A stretch of 64,000 bases of DNA, from NCBI GenBank assembly GCA_016283935.1, contig JAEENX010000026.1, positions 30,528-94,527 on the forward strand, given 5' to 3'. Shown one piece after another: positions 61,410 to 64,000 of the stretch; positions within the stretch are counted from its first letter, which is position 1; every line of letters starts with the position of its first letter. Source of the stretch: Bacilli bacterium. Lineage in GTDB: Bacteria; Bacillota_I; Bacilli_A; RF39; UBA660. Made by a program: the position numbers and the translations under genes. Under the pieces are notes generated by a model, which searched no databases, was not told the origin of the DNA, and worked only from the letters and a program-made list of their open reading frames with translations.

Positions 61410-61915
61410 ATCTGAGTTTTCTTTTTATTTCTTATCATACTAATTAAAGTAATTACTGATGTAATAATTGTAATTGAATCAAATATAGCAGATGAATATG
61501 CTTTTATTATTAAATCATATATTAACCATGTAATCATAGATATAATAAATACATATTTAAATACAATATTATCTTTAGTATTAATAAATACTGTATAAAA
61601 TATAAAATTAATTAAAGGTATATAACCTATTATACCTAAATTATTAAAATATATAATTGATATAGATGCTAATATAATAAATATAACCATTAATAATTTA
61701 TTAAACTTATTTTTATTAACTAATATATTTCTAGTTATAGTAAATATATTACTTATAACACTTGGATATCCACCTAATAATAAATCACATGACATACCAA
61801 ATAAAGCATGTATAGTATGATATTTAAGTACTTTATTTTTCTCTTTTTTAGCACCTGCATATATCATGATCAAAGCACTTATTAAACCTAATATATTTGC
61901 AATTATTAGTTTCAT
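61406..61915 (-). CDS. small integral membrane protein (4-5 TM)
   Basis: Hydrophobic helices; overlaps GT8 stop by 4 nt. Confidence 0.4.
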   Translation of the reverse strand: MKLIIANILGLISALIMIYAGAKKEKNKVLKYHTIHALFGMSCDLLLGGYPSVISNIFTITRNILVNKNKFNKLLMVIFIILASISIIYFNNLGIIGYIPLINFIFYTVFINTKDNIVFKYVFIISMITWLIYDLIIKAYSSAIFDSITIITSVITLISMIRNKKKTQI

Positions 61916-61964
61916 AATATCACCTAAATAATTATAACATAAAAAAAGACTAAATTACTCTAGT

Positions 61965-62360
61965 CTATTTATTATTCATTATATATGTAAATAATTTTCT
62001 TAATTCAGTTTTACCTTGAGCATTTAAATGTATAAATTTTAATTCCATTTGATAACCACTATCAAATGAGAATAAAATAGATGCACTATTTAATTTAAAT
62101 CTAATAGCTCCACTTGAAATAGAAGAATATGGAATAATATGTATCTTTTTACTTCTATCAAAAGGATTAACATCAAATAAGATCATTCTTTCATTTGTAA
62201 ATGCACCTTTATCTCTAGATGTCTTATAAGCTTGAATTGCTGTTTCACCTTTTTTAAAATAATCAGTAACATATGAAGGCAAATCTTTTATATCTAATTC
62301 TTTATTAAAATTAAAATACTTTGTTAGTTCTTTATACTTAATATATGCCATATTCATCAC
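61965..62360 (-). CDS. hypothetical protein
   Basis: ORF with SD; no motif. Confidence 0.3.
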   Translation of the reverse strand: MMNMAYIKYKELTKYFNFNKELDIKDLPSYVTDYFKKGETAIQAYKTSRDKGAFTNERMILFDVNPFDRSKKIHIIPYSSISSGAIRFKLNSASILFSFDSGYQMELKFIHLNAQGKTELRKLFTYIMNNK

Positions 62361-62412
62361 CTACTTTTAATTTACTATTTATACATAAAAAAATCAAGGA
62401 TAAACCTTGATT

Positions 62413-64000
62413 TTATATAAATGATACAAATTTAATATTTCCGTGATCTTCTTCTCTATATTTAGCAACATATGTTTTACCATCAACTTTATAAGTAATG
62501 TAAACATATTGATCGAATGTATCACTATTAGTTAATCTTAAATATCCAAAGTCAATAGCGGAAATGCTATATACACCATCTTCATTAGTATCATGTAATG
62601 TTACTTCGTGATCTATATAATTTCCTTTTCTATGAACTTCTGAAACATCTAATTTATTATTGAAATTTTTAAATCTCATTACGAAATAAAGTACGCTTGG
62701 ATTCTTAACTTCAATATTTAAATCAGTAATCATTTTCTTATGTTCTGCTTCAAGTTCTTCTTCTCTTGATGAATATTTAGAAACAGAATAATCAAATCTA
62801 TCTTTGATATTATTATTTTCAATTAATACTATAGTTGCAGTTCTCTTTGAAGTAGCACTTGATGTTGTAAAATTATCTTTTCTATATTCTACAGAATCTA
62901 ATTCTCTAGTAGAATTATCATTATAAGTAGCTTCAACTCTAATATTAGTTGATTCATTTAAATAATATTTACTCTTGTGTTCTATTACTTTAATAGTAGC
63001 AATTTTTCTTTCAATTACATTATATGTGAATTCATTTGATGTTTTTTTACCATAAGTAACTGTTGCAGTTTGACCATCTTTAACAGTCTTGGTATCACCA
63101 TTAATAGTATATCCTGAAGTAATAGTTACATCTTTATGTCCATTGTTATCAGAATATTTAACTTCTAAAATAAATGCTTGTCCTTCAACATATGTAGCCT
63201 TTTTATTTACTACAGTAACTGAAGTAACTTCAATATTTTCTAATTTTTCTTTTTTTAATTCATTAATAGAATTATTGATAGCATTAATATCATTTCCTTT
63301 AACTACATCTTTAGCAGTTTTGATATCTTTTTTTAATTCATTTATAGAAGCTGTTGTTTTACCTTCAGTTGATTTTTCTTCTGCTTCTTTTATTAATTTA
63401 TTTAATTCATCTTTAGCATTATCTAATGCTTCAGCTTCTTTATCATAATGAAGTTTTCCATCAATATGGAATCCTGCGTTAGTAGCAATACAGAACTTCA
63501 TAACATAGAATTCATATTCTTTATATTTACCATCTTTCTTTGGTAATGATTTTTCATCTTTTAATAATGCTCTGATATCTCTATCTTCAGTTAACATTAC
63601 ATCATATTTATCATTAGCAATTGCTTTTCTAATATCATCAGTTAAAACTAATTCAACTGTTTTTAAATATGAATAAGAACCAGCATTATAAATTGTTCTA
63701 TCTTTTGGAATTTCTATTGAATCTGCTAATAAGAATACATCAGCATATGCATGAGTAATTTCATATTCAACGTTTATAGTAACGTCTTTAACTATATTAG
63801 TAGATAATTCTTTATTCCATGTAGGATTTCCATATGTTACATTATGATATTTTTGTTCTTTTAATTCATTTGGAATTGTAGCATCTTTCTTATAACCTAC
63901 TTGTACAGTTTTAGATGATTTCTTTCCTACAAATGTAACATCAAAAGTTTTATTAGCAATTATTTTATCAATTGCATCTTTAGTAGGTTGTACTTTGTTT
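62413..64000 (-). CDS. large surface-associated protein, 5' end beyond window (the frame stays open upstream of the listed Met at 63597)
   Basis: Minus-strand frame continues through 63598-64000 without a stop; beta-rich T/K/V composition suggests Ig-like domains. Confidence 0.45.
   Translation of the reverse strand, partial: NKVQPTKDAIDKIIANKTFDVTFVGKKSSKTVQVGYKKDATIPNELKEQKYHNVTYGNPTWNKELSTNIVKDVTINVEYEITHAYADVFLLADSIEIPKDRTIYNAGSYSYLKTVELVLTDDIRKAIANDKYDVMLTEDRDIRALLKDEKSLPKKDGKYKEYEFYVMKFCIATNAGFHIDGKLHYDKEAEALDNAKDELNKLIKEAEEKSTEGKTTASINELKKDIKTAKDVVKGNDINAINNSINELKKEKLENIEVTSVTVVNKKATYVEGQAFILEVKYSDNNGHKDVTITSGYTINGDTKTVKDGQTATVTYGKKTSNEFTYNVIERKIATIKVIEHKSKYYLNESTNIRVEATYNDNSTRELDSVEYRKDNFTTSSATSKRTATIVLIENNNIKDRFDYSVSKYSSREEELEAEHKKMITDLNIEVKNPSVLYFVMRFKNFNNKLDVSEVHRKGNYIDHEVTLHDTNEDGVYSISAIDFGYLRLTNSDTFDQYVYITYKVDGKTYVAKYREEDHGNIKFVSFI

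Overview
AT-rich Bacillota-type chromosomal segment (roughly mid-20s % GC by eye; standard code 11, since conserved Trp are TGG and long ORFs carry no in-frame TGA). It is densely coded, mostly on the minus strand. Core genes I recognise: the start of the dcw cluster (mraZ-rsmH-ftsL-class B PBP), mutL, yqeG-yqeH, htpG, ttcA, nusB, rpsT, a RecD2-type helicase, a DHH/DHHA1 phosphoesterase, four tRNAs (Ser-GCU alone; Lys-CUU/Ile-GAU/Glu-UUC in one operon with a consensus promoter), a LysR regulator plus radical SAM enzyme, and two lipid-remodelling clusters (ACP/acyl-AMP ligase/PlsC-like acyltransferases/GT8 glycosyltransferases). Many envelope and surface proteins are present: zinc-ribbon-TM-extracellular proteins, Thr-rich stalks, an M60-like/DUF5011 surface peptidase, and an NPKTG sortase-B-type substrate. 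I found no CRISPR array, integrase/transposase, restriction-modification genes or known defence-system genes. The candidates for a novel system are as follows: (i) a tRNA-bracketed five-gene operon (7099->1579, minus strand): zinc-ribbon membrane protein, secreted protein, His->Glu E2/CAT-like domain, cytoplasmic vWA, J-domain coiled-coil membrane protein; (ii) a two-gene operon pairing an unknown 215-aa protein with a 452-aa atypical protein-kinase-fold protein; (iii) a promoter/RBS/terminator-equipped 27-aa hydrophobic peptide gene resembling a type I toxin; (iv) a GGDEF membrane protein interrupted by an in-frame TGA just before a degenerate DGDEF motif; (v) a YqeG homologue lacking all catalytic Asp. 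All functional calls are from motif recognition by eye; none has been checked by a database search.
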